A DNA stretch of 56,878 nt, from positions 1 through 56,878 of IMG/VR virus record IMGVR_UViG_3300044984_001322; one strand, written 5' to 3'. A program made the translations under genes and the position numbers. Positions 15,953 through 26,323 of the stretch are shown here, one piece after another (positions within the stretch are counted from its first letter, which is position 1; the number at the start of each line of letters is the position of its first letter). Under the pieces are notes generated by a model. That model made no database searches, was not told where the DNA came from, and saw only the letters and a program-made list of their open reading frames with translations. The DNA is from a virus (Duplodnaviria > Caudoviricetes).

Positions 15953-16813
15953 ATGCCTGCATTTGCTACTACTGGCGCAACCTCCGCTGCGAACTTCATT
16001 CCTGAGATTTTCTCAAAGAAGCTTCAAGCGAAGTTTTACGCCTCTTCCGTCCTCCCATCGATTTCGAACACCGACTATGAAGGTGAAATCTCTGGACAGG
16101 GCAACAAAGTAAACATCCGCACCGTTCCCAACGTAACTGTAAGCGATTACACTGGTTCGGTTTCGTATGCTGATGTAACCACGCAGATCGTCGAACTGAA
16201 CATCGACAAAGCGAAGTCGTATGCCTTCAAGGTAGACGATATCCTTAAGGTTCAGTCGGACATTGCGTTCCAGAATGAAGCATCGAAGGATGCCGCAGAA
16301 CAGATGCGCATTGCCGTCGACACCGACGTTCTTGCCAACATCCCAACTGCAGCAACGACCATCTTGGACAAAGCTTCGGTTTCGGCATCGACCATTCTGG
16401 ATCACATCCTTGAAGCAGCGCGTAAGCTGGACGAATTGAACATTCCGGATTCGGATCGTTTTCTCGTTCTCTCGCCGCTGTACATCGAGATGTTGAAGAA
16501 GTCTGACCTCAAGCTTGCTTACTTGACCGGCGACTCGGCTTCACCGCTGCGTAACGGTAAGGTTGGCGCTGTGGATCGTTTCACGATCTATCAGTCGAAC
16601 TTGTTGGCAATTGGTTCCGGCGGCGACGCTGGCAAGACGTTTGCTCTTGCTGGTCACCCGAAGGCAACCTGCTTTGCTTCGCAGTTCGTGAAGACTGAAT
16701 CAGTTCGCTTAGAGTCAACCTTTGGCGACGGTATCCGTGGTCTGAAGGTATATGGCTATAAGGTCGTTGTTCCTAACGCCCTTGTTACCTTGAAGCTCAA
16801 GACGACTGCCTAA
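15953..16813 (+). CDS. Major capsid protein
   Basis: NFIPEIFS, NTDYEGEI..G..VNI, GLKVYGYKV; followed by terminator. Confidence 0.88.
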   Translation: MPAFATTGATSAANFIPEIFSKKLQAKFYASSVLPSISNTDYEGEISGQGNKVNIRTVPNVTVSDYTGSVSYADVTTQIVELNIDKAKSYAFKVDDILKVQSDIAFQNEASKDAAEQMRIAVDTDVLANIPTAATTILDKASVSASTILDHILEAARKLDELNIPDSDRFLVLSPLYIEMLKKSDLKLAYLTGDSASPLRNGKVGAVDRFTIYQSNLLAIGSGGDAGKTFALAGHPKATCFASQFVKTESVRLESTFGDGIRGLKVYGYKVVVPNALVTLKLKTTA

Positions 16814-16820
16814 TAGGATT

Positions 16821-16848
16821 GGGGCGGGGGAAACCTCGCCCCTCTCTT
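16821..16848 (+). terminator. Intrinsic terminator-like hairpin after capsid gene
   Basis: GGGGCGGGG GAAA CCTCGCCCC then TCTCTT. Confidence 0.6.
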
Positions 16849-16905
16849 CATAGGTGAGGGCGGGAGTTAGTCCCGCTCTCTACTCTGCAGAGAAACGAGA
16901 GACGT

Positions 16906-17175
16906 ATGAACAAGCCCGTTGAAGACATGAACAAAGACGAACTGGAAGCCTTTGCTCGCAGCGAGTATGGCTACGAGATCGACAAGCGTCGTCGTCTGGA
17001 TGACTTGATTGAGCATATGAAGGTGCTTGCTACCCGTAAAGACAAACCTGTTGAGCAAAAGCCTCTTGGTGAGCGTACTCCAAAAAGAGTGCGTCATTTG
17101 ACTACAGGTATGGAATGGGATTGGAATCCACTGTATAAGGGTAATCAGGATTTAGAAGTTATTGAGTGGGGTTGA
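16906..17175 (+). CDS. Hypothetical head-associated protein
   Basis: 89-aa ORF in structural operon. Confidence 0.75.
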   Translation: MNKPVEDMNKDELEAFARSEYGYEIDKRRRLDDLIEHMKVLATRKDKPVEQKPLGERTPKRVRHLTTGMEWDWNPLYKGNQDLEVIEWG

Positions 17176-17179
17176 TTAG

Positions 17180-17851
17180 ATGGCAACAACTAAAGCTATA
17201 GACCTGATTAATCGGGTTAGCGTTACTCTCCAAGACCCGACCTTTGTTCGCTGGACGCAGGGCGAGCTTCTTAACTATTTGAATGACGCACAGCGGCAGG
17301 TTGTTTTATTCCGCCCTGACGCCAAAGCCGTAAACACAGCTTTTACCTGCACCGCCTCTGCCAAGCAGACGTTGCCAGCAGATGGCCTGCGTCTGATTAA
17401 TGTCCTACGGAACGCCAATGGTCGCGCCATCACAAAGGTTGAGCGCAGCATTTTGGACGTTCAGCTTCCTACTTGGTATGAGACTGCAGTAGGGACTGAT
17501 GGCGTTAAGCACTATGTCTACGACGCGCTTGATCCAAAGAACTTCTACCTATTTCCAAAGCCAGCCGCAGCGGCCTCTATCGAGATCGTTTACGCAATAT
17601 CACCTGTCGATATCACCATCTCCAATTTCACAACGGATGTGCAGGTAATTGGCATTGACGATATCTACGCCAACGCAATCATGGATTACATGATGTACCG
17701 CGCCTATCAAAAGGACAGCGAGTTTGCGAACATCAACCGTGCAGGCGTGTACTTTCAGTCGTTCTCCACGTCGATTGGGATCAAGTCTCAAGCGGATGGC
17801 GGACTACTAGAGAGCATGGTGGCTCAACAACCACGGCGCAATAACCAGTGA
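17180..17851 (+). CDS. Head-tail adaptor protein
   Basis: RWT..ELLNYLNDAQ, YMMYRAYQKDSE; position. Confidence 0.75.
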   Translation: MATTKAIDLINRVSVTLQDPTFVRWTQGELLNYLNDAQRQVVLFRPDAKAVNTAFTCTASAKQTLPADGLRLINVLRNANGRAITKVERSILDVQLPTWYETAVGTDGVKHYVYDALDPKNFYLFPKPAAAASIEIVYAISPVDITISNFTTDVQVIGIDDIYANAIMDYMMYRAYQKDSEFANINRAGVYFQSFSTSIGIKSQADGGLLESMVAQQPRRNNQ

Positions 17852-18468
17852 AGTACACCGATCTCTTAGTCTACGTCCTGACAGAGGTTCCGTCCTGCCC
17901 TGAGTTTACCGCTGAGAGGGCAATCAGAGACACCTGCATAGACTTCTGTGCGCGTACTGACTTGTACCGTGCAGAGCCACAGCTACTGACTGTGTCTGCA
18001 GGGATTACAGAGTATGAGATCGACGCCCCCGCTGGAACTGAACCCAACCACGTTAAGGGTCTGTATCGTGCTGGTAAGGCGTTAGAGGCCGTAACGTATG
18101 AAGACTGCTTCATGCGTATTGAATTGTCGGATCGCAATTCCCCTAAGTATTTTACACAGTACGACAACAAGAACATTATGGTGGGGCCAAAGCCAGAGGC
18201 GCGTGAAACACTTAAGATTCTTTACACATTAAAGCCTACGCAGACCTCCACCTCTATTCCGGACACCGTTGGTCTAGAGCATCGCGAGACGCTGGTCTCT
18301 GGAGCTTTATTCCGCCTTCAGATGATGGGCGGACAGCCGTGGATGGACGGAGCCGCAGCGGGTGCAAACCGCCAGCTTTATGAGCGCGGTGTGGTCGCCG
18401 CAATGCGCCAAGCCAAGTACGGTCATAGCGGTGCTGCGTTAAGTGTAACTCCAAGGGAATTCATCTGA
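17848..18468 (+). CDS. Adaptor/tail-associated protein
   Basis: AIRDTCIDFC motif; coupled to previous gene. Confidence 0.7.
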   Translation: MKYTDLLVYVLTEVPSCPEFTAERAIRDTCIDFCARTDLYRAEPQLLTVSAGITEYEIDAPAGTEPNHVKGLYRAGKALEAVTYEDCFMRIELSDRNSPKYFTQYDNKNIMVGPKPEARETLKILYTLKPTQTSTSIPDTVGLEHRETLVSGALFRLQMMGGQPWMDGAAAGANRQLYERGVVAAMRQAKYGHSGAALSVTPREFI

Positions 18469-18842
18469 TGGCTTATTCTGAAACCCTTTATCTGGTTCAG
18501 GGCGATACGTTGCCACAGCTTAAGGTTACTGTGCGTGACCGTAATGAGGCCGCTGCCGGTAAGGTATTAGACCTAGAAGATTCGTCAACTTGGGCGTTGG
18601 TAAACCTGACCGGCTCAACCGTTCGCCTGCGCATACGTGAAGTGGGCGGGACTACCATTAAATCAACAATTATTGGCAACAACACTAACCCAACAATTGG
18701 GGAGGTAGTGTTCTTGTTTGATCAAACGACGCTCAACACGGCTGGCGTATTTGAGGGTGAGATCGAATACACCTCATCAACTGGCGGCGTGCAGACCGTT
18801 TACGAGCTAATCAAGCTTCAGGTGCGCGAGCAATTTTCTTAA
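18468..18842 (+). CDS. BppU-like virion protein
   Basis: LVQGDT, VNLTG.TV, AG.FEGEIE. Confidence 0.65.
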   Translation: MAYSETLYLVQGDTLPQLKVTVRDRNEAAAGKVLDLEDSSTWALVNLTGSTVRLRIREVGGTTIKSTIIGNNTNPTIGEVVFLFDQTTLNTAGVFEGEIEYTSSTGGVQTVYELIKLQVREQFS

Positions 18843-18852
18843 GGAGTAACCA

Positions 18853-20058
18853 ATGGCAGATGCCGGTGAAACTAAGGATATTGATACCGTCCAATTAGCA
18901 ACAACGCTTAAATATTCAGAACTGTCAGCCGCTGCAGAGCATGCTGAACTGAAGGCAGAGACGCGCTACAAGCTGCTTGCGTCTACAAGCAAGTATGTAA
19001 CCCTAGCTGCGCAAAGCGCCTACACACGCCTCTCTACGGGCCTGTCCTATATTAACCCCAAAGTCCTTGCCCAACTTGGTGAGTTTATTATTTTTCGCGC
19101 CTTTACTGAGGCTACGCAGCTTTTTGATCAGGCGGTGCGTTTCTTTGGCAAGGGTCTGTCGGATACTGCGTCGACAACTGATGCTGCAGAAAAATCATTC
19201 AGCACTACGCGCAGTGATGCAGCAAATGCTTCTGAAACCATGTCACGCCAAGCAGGCAAGGTATTAGCGGACGCTGCAACCGGCGCAGATGCGGCTAGAA
19301 AGACCGCCGACAAAGTTCGCACAGAAATCCTGTCTGCATCTGATTTCTCAACCAAAGCACTTGAGAAGCCACAGAGCGATGCCGTTTCTACAGCGGATGT
19401 CTTACTAAAGACGCTGGTGTATGCGCGGTCTCTCTCTGAATCTCCGCGTGCCAGAGACCTTGCTGCAAAGACGTTTGGTAGAGGTCTTGGTGATCTTGCC
19501 TCCACAACAGACTTTACAAACACTTCGTTTGAGAAGGAGCGGGGGAATCAAGCGAATGCCGCCGACATAGCTTTCCGCACAACGGGCAAGAGCCTTAGCG
19601 ATACCGCCACAACATTTGATTCCAGAGAAATAAGCCTAAGTCGCTCGCTGGTTGATGCTGGCGTTGCATTAGATTTTTCGGAAAAGTTTTTTGAGAAAAG
19701 CTCCGCAGATGCTGCGCAGGCAAGTGATGTCCGCACACGCTCATTTGGCAAGGTGCTGGCCGATCTAGCCTATGCAACAGATGACGTTAACGGCGCGGCT
19801 GCGGATGATGACCAGACAATACAGTTCTTTAAATCTATCACAGAAACTGCTTTTTCTTCTGACATCATCTTGATTGTAACAAGTTACTCTAGAGTGTATA
19901 GCAATGCAGCTTATGCATTGGATGTGTCGGCTAAAGTATTCGATAAGTCGCGTGTAGATCAGGCGGTGACATCTGACTCTGGTTCTCTTAAAAGCCAAGG
20001 GTACTGCGATATTGATTACTTCATGGAAGATTACGTAGGTGCTACAAGAACATTCTGA
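18853..20058 (+). CDS. Virion protein with ~19-aa degenerate repeats
   Basis: Repeats such as FGKGLSDTASTTD / FGKVLADLAYATDD. Confidence 0.75.
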   Translation: MADAGETKDIDTVQLATTLKYSELSAAAEHAELKAETRYKLLASTSKYVTLAAQSAYTRLSTGLSYINPKVLAQLGEFIIFRAFTEATQLFDQAVRFFGKGLSDTASTTDAAEKSFSTTRSDAANASETMSRQAGKVLADAATGADAARKTADKVRTEILSASDFSTKALEKPQSDAVSTADVLLKTLVYARSLSESPRARDLAAKTFGRGLGDLASTTDFTNTSFEKERGNQANAADIAFRTTGKSLSDTATTFDSREISLSRSLVDAGVALDFSEKFFEKSSADAAQASDVRTRSFGKVLADLAYATDDVNGAAADDDQTIQFFKSITETAFSSDIILIVTSYSRVYSNAAYALDVSAKVFDKSRVDQAVTSDSGSLKSQGYCDIDYFMEDYVGATRTF

Positions 20059-20066
20059 GGTAAAAC

Positions 20067-20516
20067 ATGAACACGAACGAAATGATTAAGGCCACTGGCC
20101 GACTGAATATCCAAGTCATCGGTCCTGATGGCACGATCAAAGATGACCAGACCGTAGACAATCTGGTTGTTAGCGTTGGTCTGAATTTCATCGCAAGCCG
20201 CATCCGCGACGCAAGTGCGGCAGTCATGTCACACATGGCGGTTGGTTCTGGCAGCGGTACTGCAGCGGCTAACAACACCACGCTTGGTACTGAGCTTGGG
20301 CGTGTAGCTTTGACATCAACTGTTGCCACCAACAACGCAGTGGCATTCGTTGCTACGTTTGGCTCCGGTGTAGGCACTGGCGCTGTTACAGAAGCTGGTC
20401 TTTTCAACGCATCGACGGCTGGCACCATGCTTTGCCGTACCGTCTTTGGTGTTGTGAACAAAGAAGCTGCAGACACAATGTCGATCACTTGGACTGTGAC
20501 CATCGGCGCTGCGTAA
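20067..20516 (+). CDS. Tail-associated structural protein
   Basis: NLVV..G, MAVGSG, TEAGLF motifs. Confidence 0.75.
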   Translation: MNTNEMIKATGRLNIQVIGPDGTIKDDQTVDNLVVSVGLNFIASRIRDASAAVMSHMAVGSGSGTAAANNTTLGTELGRVALTSTVATNNAVAFVATFGSGVGTGAVTEAGLFNASTAGTMLCRTVFGVVNKEAADTMSITWTVTIGAA

Positions 20517-20537
20517 TTTTTGTTGAGGTGAGTTTGA

Positions 20538-23500
20538 ATGGCAACGATTGTAACACGGGCCGGAAAAGGCTCGCCTCTCACTACCGCTGAGGTTGATGGC
20601 AACTTCACAAATCTGAATACGGAGCTGGGGACGAAGCTTAATACTTCGTCTCTGGCAACCGTAGCCACCACTGGCGCGTATAGCGATCTTACCGGCAAGC
20701 CGACTAACGTCTCATCGTTCACAAACGATAGCGCCTACATTACGTCCTCTGCATTATCGGCATACCAGCCTCTTGACGGCGATCTAACCGCAATTGCTGC
20801 TCTTGCTGGTACAACCGGCTTTGTAACGAAGACCGCAGCCAACACCTATGCGCTTGACACATCGAGCTACCTTACCGGCATCACGTCTGGACAAGTCACA
20901 ACCGCACTTGGTTTTACGCCGTACAATGCGACCAATCCAAGCGGGTACACAGCAAACACCGGAACTGTAACCAGCGTCAGCGGCACAGGCACTGTATCGG
21001 GCCTTACGCTCACAGGGAGCGTCACTGGCTCTGGCTCACTGACGCTTGGTGGAGCAATAACGGGCTTTCTTCCGCTAACTGGCGGGACGCTTACAGGCGC
21101 ACTGACTGTTCCAGCTAATGCCACAACAACAGGTGGCGGCATCAATTTTGCTGGTGTGGGAAGCACCTTCATTAGAGGAACAAGCGGGGACGGTGCAAGC
21201 AGCACACTATCAAACTTACAGCTTCAATCATGGTTTGGCATTGGTTTCGGCCCAAGCATTACGGGACAGACCGTCCCTGTTGGCGAAAACGCAGTTTGGA
21301 TTGATACCCGTTTAGGTGACTTATCTGCGCGAAGAATTATTACTGGCTTGTCAGATGTCCGCGCACCTATCTTTTACGATAGCAACAACACTGCTCGCTA
21401 CTTAGACCCTGCGTCCACCAGTGTTGTTAATACCATTGAAGCTTACGGCGGCTCTGGTTTCCGTTCATTTGCGGCGGGTTCTGCTTCAATTGTCAGCCAC
21501 CTTTATTTTGCAGATGCTGGCAACACCCGTGCATGGAACTGGCAGCTTGATGAAAATAACCGTGCTGCGCTTTGGGGATATAATGGTTCGGGCTGGTCAA
21601 AAACCCTAGGAGTTTCATTTAATGGAGCGGGTGTCTTCCTTCGCAACAGCAGTGGCACAGACGTCTTAGCCTTTAGCGCATCCACCTTCGGATATTCTTC
21701 CGCCTACCGCACACTCATTCTTGGTGACCAAGCCAGCACTACCGTCTGCATTGGCGTTGACCCTGTTGGTAACCCAAGTGGGAGCTTTACTGGCACTGGT
21801 TCTGGCGTTGAAGTAATGTTTAAGAATGGCGTTAATTTCATCACGCCCAATAGCGCAAATAACAGTTATCTAACCCCGCTGACATTAGCTGATGGTTACG
21901 CAGCTTCTACTGGCTCGTTCCGCGCACCTATTTTCTACGACAGCAATGACACTGGTTACTACATTGACCCTGCTAGCACATCAAACATTGTCGGGCTAAA
22001 TGTTAATGGCAGTGCTGTATATCGCAGCGATTGGACAACGCGCTTTCAATCGCCAAGCGACTTCGTTGACGGCACTCTTGTAACCACCGACATCCCCGCA
22101 ACAGGCTTTGCTGGCGACAGCTTCGTCATTGAGATCACTGGAAAGACCTACGACCAGAACAACCCGCCAGTTAAGGTGGTGGCGCAAGGCTATCTGTATA
22201 ACGACACCATCATCAATTATAGCGGCATATCGTATGCAGGAAACTTCGCTTCCTATGTGAAGGTATTTCAGGATGGCGGCGTTCTTAAGTTCTGGTGGCC
22301 CCGCATAAGCTACTGGAACTCGTTCAACGTCAACGTGATGTCGATGGATGGTGCAAGCAACAACACGATCACGCGCAATCGCGTAACCGCTATCGGCAAT
22401 TCCACAGAACCAACTGGCACAAAGAAAGTCCAGATCAACCTCACAAAGACGCTAAAGACGGGAGATGCAGCCGGTTCAATCAGCGGTTTCAATAATCCGA
22501 CAACAGCGCCTACCGCCAACACGATTGCTTACCGCGATGCAGCGGGTGACATCGCGGCGCGTGAGATTGTCCTTAGCTCTGGCCTTTCTGCTGTAACGCC
22601 GACTGTTTTGGTTTCAATGTATCCAGCTACAAACCAAGTGGTTCGCACAACGCCAGCGGCTGTGGCAGCGTCAATTCAAGGTGCGGCAACTGGTAGTTGG
22701 GCCATCAGCGTAACAGGGAACGCTGCTACAGCAACTAAAGCTAATGACCTTGACCAAGCAAGATATACAAATAATGACTTCAATACGCTTGGAGCGTCTC
22801 CTCAAGTATTTAGGGCATATACAAACTACATTCCTTCTGGTGGCTCGTATAACCAACCACTTAGCGGAGGCCAAGACTTTAAGGTTCTTCAATGGGGCGA
22901 TGTTCAAGGAGGCACATCAGGAAACTGGGGCGGTCAAATTGTCCAAAACTTTTACACTGACCAAATGTGGTTCCGCAGAAGTTATGCTAATACTTGGCAA
23001 GCGTGGCGTGAATTTATTCATGATGGAAATGTTGGCAGCTTTGCCATGCGAACTAACGCATCGGCTACTAACAGCGTAGATGTCCGTGCGCCGATTTTCT
23101 ACGACAGCAATGACACTGGCTACTTCATAAACCCCAACGGGGACAGCAACCTTAGCAAGACTTTCACCTACTTAGGCGGTAGGGACGTAAACGCTAACTG
23201 GAACACTGGTTTTCAAAATACACCGCCACAAGCCTACAACTTTCATGGCGACATTTCTAGCGGTGGCCCCGCTGGAACATGGTGGTTCTACGAAAGTATG
23301 CGCCACTCAAACGCCAGCAATTATTGGGGGACACAGATTGCTTGGGGTTGGGAAGATAACTCAAACAGGTTGATGCAGCGCAACGTCAGCGGAAACTCGT
23401 TCAGCGCATGGGTTGAGTATCTAAGCACTGGTGGCCGCACATACTCTGGTGGCTTAGAAATGACTGGAATTATTCAATCTACTGCTGACCTAAGAGCGCC

Positions 23501-25274
23501 TATCTACTATGACCGCGACAACACTGCTTACTTTGTTAATCCCAACGGCACATCATATGTTTCGGGTGAATTTCAAATTGTAGGTTCTGGGATTAACAGC
23601 CTTCGGATAACCTCCCCTAGCACTACGCAAAGTCTGTGGGTGCGTGCTGGCTACAATAGTGATGGTTCAGCAACTCCCGCTGTTAGCGCCACAAATGTTA
23701 TGTTTCAATCTAGCGGAAGCAGTGCGGGGACGTTCAGCTTTGTTAGCGGAAACACGGTGGCGGTATCTATTGGTGGCGACACTGCGACAGTAGCAAATTA
23801 TCTTACTGGAACAAACTCGCTTCGTGCGCCTGTCTTCTACGACAGCAACGACACTGGTTATTACGTTGACCCAAATAGCAGCGGTATTGCTCTACGCACC
23901 TCTGGTTATTGGATTGCTGATACTACAGGTTGGGCTGGAGACATTGACGGTAAAATTCAACGCCACAACAACAGTTGGTATTTTAGTGCATCAAATGCTT
24001 GGATTTTTCGCGCACAGAGCGGTGCAGAACCGTTTACCGTAACGCAAGCTGGTGTAGCAAATGCTACTGGTGACTTCCGCGCCCCACTCTATTACGACAA
24101 CGCCGACACTAACTACTACCTTGACCTAAATGGCGGCGGTTCACAATTAAGAGGTCGCGTTAATGTTGTAGGGCCGCATGGCGGTGCAAGTATTAGACTT
24201 GCCCTTCCCGCGGCGGAGAACGGCGCAACGTCAGGTATTGCTGCATTACAGATGTGGTGTTCTGAGCCGGGAAATAGTTGGACAGGCGCAGGGTTTGGCT
24301 ACAATGTCAGCAATGACATAAACGAAGCTGGCAACGTCCCCTCTTACTATTTTGGCAGAATAAACACTGGTCTTGGTCAAGCGTATATGCGGATGGAGGA
24401 AGTCGGTCATTGGCATTTTTATAATACACCGCAGGGGTCAAATACAAGATATTTAACAATGTCTTTGTATAGCACAGGCTATGCCCTTGCACATCAATCA
24501 TTCCGCGCTCCAATTTTTTACGATAGCGACAACACTGGATATTACGGCGACTTTGCTGGGACATCGAACCTTGTTGGGTTGACTGTAGCTAATACGATTA
24601 CTGGAAGTGTCAGTGGAAACGCAGGAAACGTCACTGGGACTGTGGCAGTGGCTAATGGCGGCACAGGTGCGACTACTCTTACGGCCAACAACGTCCTATT
24701 AGGCAACGGCACAAGCGCGGTTCAAGCAGTTGCTCCAAGCACCACGGGTAACGTCCTGACCAGCAACGGCACAACGTGGGTGTCTTCCGCGCCAACGTCG
24801 TCAACGTCTGTAATGGAACTCATCTCAACTTCATCCCCTAGCTCGGCTAGTCAAATTGTTTTTACAGGTTTGACATCCGCATATACCTATTACGAAATTG
24901 TATTTGAAATGTCGGGTGGGAATATATCTAGATGTCAACTTTCTACCGATAACGGGGCTACTTTCCAAAATACATATTATTACAGTAACTCTACGAATTT
25001 TGGAATCAGCACGGTTACGCAAGTTGGCACTAGTGGTATTGGGCAAACATACATCGACTTGGGTGGTCCTTCCTATAGCGGAGTTATTCGGTTTTTATAT
25101 CCAACATCTACTAACGATGGGGGCTCTAATATTCAATCACAAACGCAGGGACTGACTACGAGCAGTTATCGCGCTTCAGGGCGTCGCTTAACTGGGGGGC
25201 ATAATGCTATCCGCTTATTTCCAGTAACCGGAACTTTTACCGGAACATTTAAGCTATACGGGGTTAAAGTATGA
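20538..25274 (+). CDS. Long modular tail fibre (1578 aa) with 7 RAP[ILV][FY]YD repeats
   Basis: GSPLT..EVDGNF N-terminus, Gly/Thr-rich, repeated linker, followed by chaperone. Confidence 0.88.
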   Translation: MATIVTRAGKGSPLTTAEVDGNFTNLNTELGTKLNTSSLATVATTGAYSDLTGKPTNVSSFTNDSAYITSSALSAYQPLDGDLTAIAALAGTTGFVTKTAANTYALDTSSYLTGITSGQVTTALGFTPYNATNPSGYTANTGTVTSVSGTGTVSGLTLTGSVTGSGSLTLGGAITGFLPLTGGTLTGALTVPANATTTGGGINFAGVGSTFIRGTSGDGASSTLSNLQLQSWFGIGFGPSITGQTVPVGENAVWIDTRLGDLSARRIITGLSDVRAPIFYDSNNTARYLDPASTSVVNTIEAYGGSGFRSFAAGSASIVSHLYFADAGNTRAWNWQLDENNRAALWGYNGSGWSKTLGVSFNGAGVFLRNSSGTDVLAFSASTFGYSSAYRTLILGDQASTTVCIGVDPVGNPSGSFTGTGSGVEVMFKNGVNFITPNSANNSYLTPLTLADGYAASTGSFRAPIFYDSNDTGYYIDPASTSNIVGLNVNGSAVYRSDWTTRFQSPSDFVDGTLVTTDIPATGFAGDSFVIEITGKTYDQNNPPVKVVAQGYLYNDTIINYSGISYAGNFASYVKVFQDGGVLKFWWPRISYWNSFNVNVMSMDGASNNTITRNRVTAIGNSTEPTGTKKVQINLTKTLKTGDAAGSISGFNNPTTAPTANTIAYRDAAGDIAAREIVLSSGLSAVTPTVLVSMYPATNQVVRTTPAAVAASIQGAATGSWAISVTGNAATATKANDLDQARYTNNDFNTLGASPQVFRAYTNYIPSGGSYNQPLSGGQDFKVLQWGDVQGGTSGNWGGQIVQNFYTDQMWFRRSYANTWQAWREFIHDGNVGSFAMRTNASATNSVDVRAPIFYDSNDTGYFINPNGDSNLSKTFTYLGGRDVNANWNTGFQNTPPQAYNFHGDISSGGPAGTWWFYESMRHSNASNYWGTQIAWGWEDNSNRLMQRNVSGNSFSAWVEYLSTGGRTYSGGLEMTGIIQSTADLRAPIYYDRDNTAYFVNPNGTSYVSGEFQIVGSGINSLRITSPSTTQSLWVRAGYNSDGSATPAVSATNVMFQSSGSSAGTFSFVSGNTVAVSIGGDTATVANYLTGTNSLRAPVFYDSNDTGYYVDPNSSGIALRTSGYWIADTTGWAGDIDGKIQRHNNSWYFSASNAWIFRAQSGAEPFTVTQAGVANATGDFRAPLYYDNADTNYYLDLNGGGSQLRGRVNVVGPHGGASIRLALPAAENGATSGIAALQMWCSEPGNSWTGAGFGYNVSNDINEAGNVPSYYFGRINTGLGQAYMRMEEVGHWHFYNTPQGSNTRYLTMSLYSTGYALAHQSFRAPIFYDSDNTGYYGDFAGTSNLVGLTVANTITGSVSGNAGNVTGTVAVANGGTGATTLTANNVLLGNGTSAVQAVAPSTTGNVLTSNGTTWVSSAPTSSTSVMELISTSSPSSASQIVFTGLTSAYTYYEIVFEMSGGNISRCQLSTDNGATFQNTYYYSNSTNFGISTVTQVGTSGIGQTYIDLGGPSYSGVIRFLYPTSTNDGGSNIQSQTQGLTTSSYRASGRRLTGGHNAIRLFPVTGTFTGTFKLYGVKV

Positions 25275-25552
25275 CACCAATTTACAAAATGGTTGATGGC
25301 GTAGAAGTTGCGCTGACTGAGGAAGAAATTGCAGCGTGGGTTGCTTTGCAAGAGGAAGCACCTCTGGCACAATGGGCTGAGATACGCGCAGAACGCAACG
25401 CAAAACTGTCGCAGTGCGATTGGACGCAGTTGCCCGACGCTCCAGTAGACACCGTTGTATGGGCCACATATCGTCAAGCCCTGCGCGATATTACCACGCA
25501 ACACGATCCGTTTAACATCGCATGGCCTGCTTCGCCATTATCAGAAGAGTGA
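25271..25552 (+). CDS. Tail fibre assembly chaperone
   Basis: IRAERNAKL..CDWTQLPDAP...YRQALRDI. Confidence 0.85.
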   Translation: MTPIYKMVDGVEVALTEEEIAAWVALQEEAPLAQWAEIRAERNAKLSQCDWTQLPDAPVDTVVWATYRQALRDITTQHDPFNIAWPASPLSEE

Positions 25553-25553
25553 C

Positions 25554-25652
25554 ATGAGCGTCCATACAATACTGAATCACTTGGGGGATAGCGTGAAGCA
25601 CATTGCTGATGGCTTGGCAGTAGCTGCTGCGTTTGAAACAGTGGCACAGTGA
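25554..25652 (+). pseudogene. Possibly truncated holin-like gene (MSVHTILNHLGDSVKHIADGLAVAAAFETVAQ*)
   Basis: 32-aa ORF that looks like the N-terminus of a small membrane protein and stops early. Confidence 0.35.
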
Positions 25653-25722
25653 ACTAACTTGCTTTTTTATTCATGATGAGCAATGAAGAATTACCTACAA
25701 ATTTATAGTAACAGGAACTAAA

Positions 25723-26088
25723 ATGGCCCTAACATACACTTGGAGTCTTAAATCAATTAAGAAGTCTGATATTTCTGAACTTCAGGGTATCATTGTGCAG
25801 ACAACTTGGACTTGCACTGGCACTGACGAAGACGGAAATGAAGGCGTATTCAACGGCGCAACGCCATTTAATCCAGCCGACGTAGATGCAAATAACTTTA
25901 CTGCCTACGAAGACCTGACCGAAACGCAGGTTCTTGAGTGGATTAAGGGCATAGTTGTTGGCGCTTACAAAGAACACGTCGACGGCCAGATCGCCAAGCA
26001 GATCGAAGCTAAGAAGAACCCCACCGAAGAAGTTGCTGAGGGTGCATTCCCTTGGTCGCCTCCCGCCGAAGCTAGTTTAGAGGTATAA
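25723..26088 (+). CDS. Conserved phage protein near tail fibres (MALTYTW...)
   Basis: AGGA RBS; FTAYEDLTE..VLEW motif. Confidence 0.8.
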   Translation: MALTYTWSLKSIKKSDISELQGIIVQTTWTCTGTDEDGNEGVFNGATPFNPADVDANNFTAYEDLTETQVLEWIKGIVVGAYKEHVDGQIAKQIEAKKNPTEEVAEGAFPWSPPAEASLEV

Positions 26089-26092
26089 ATAT

Positions 26093-26266
26093 ATGAGTGA
26101 AATGGACAATTTCAACGAAGAAACCAAACCAGATGGCGTTACGCTCACTCTGAATGTTCAGGAAATCAATATCGTTCTGAGCGCCCTTGCTGAGTTGCCA
26201 CATCGTGTGTCTGACGCCCTTATCCGTAAGGTGTTTACGCAGGCGCAGGGTCAGCAGGCTCAGTAA
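26093..26266 (+). CDS. Small protein, 57 aa (LTLNVQEINIVLSALAELP)
   Basis: Manual translation; GAGGT RBS. Confidence 0.75.
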   Translation: MSEMDNFNEETKPDGVTLTLNVQEINIVLSALAELPHRVSDALIRKVFTQAQGQQAQ

Positions 26267-26323
26267 GTAAGTAACATACCTCTCTATGTATGGAGATGAG
26301 GAGGCAAGTAGATAGGCTGATAG

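Noticed and set aside
20538-25274. DGR or shufflon acting on the tail fibre
   Set aside because: No reverse transcriptase or TR/VR pair; repeats are direct and in frame, with no inverted cassettes
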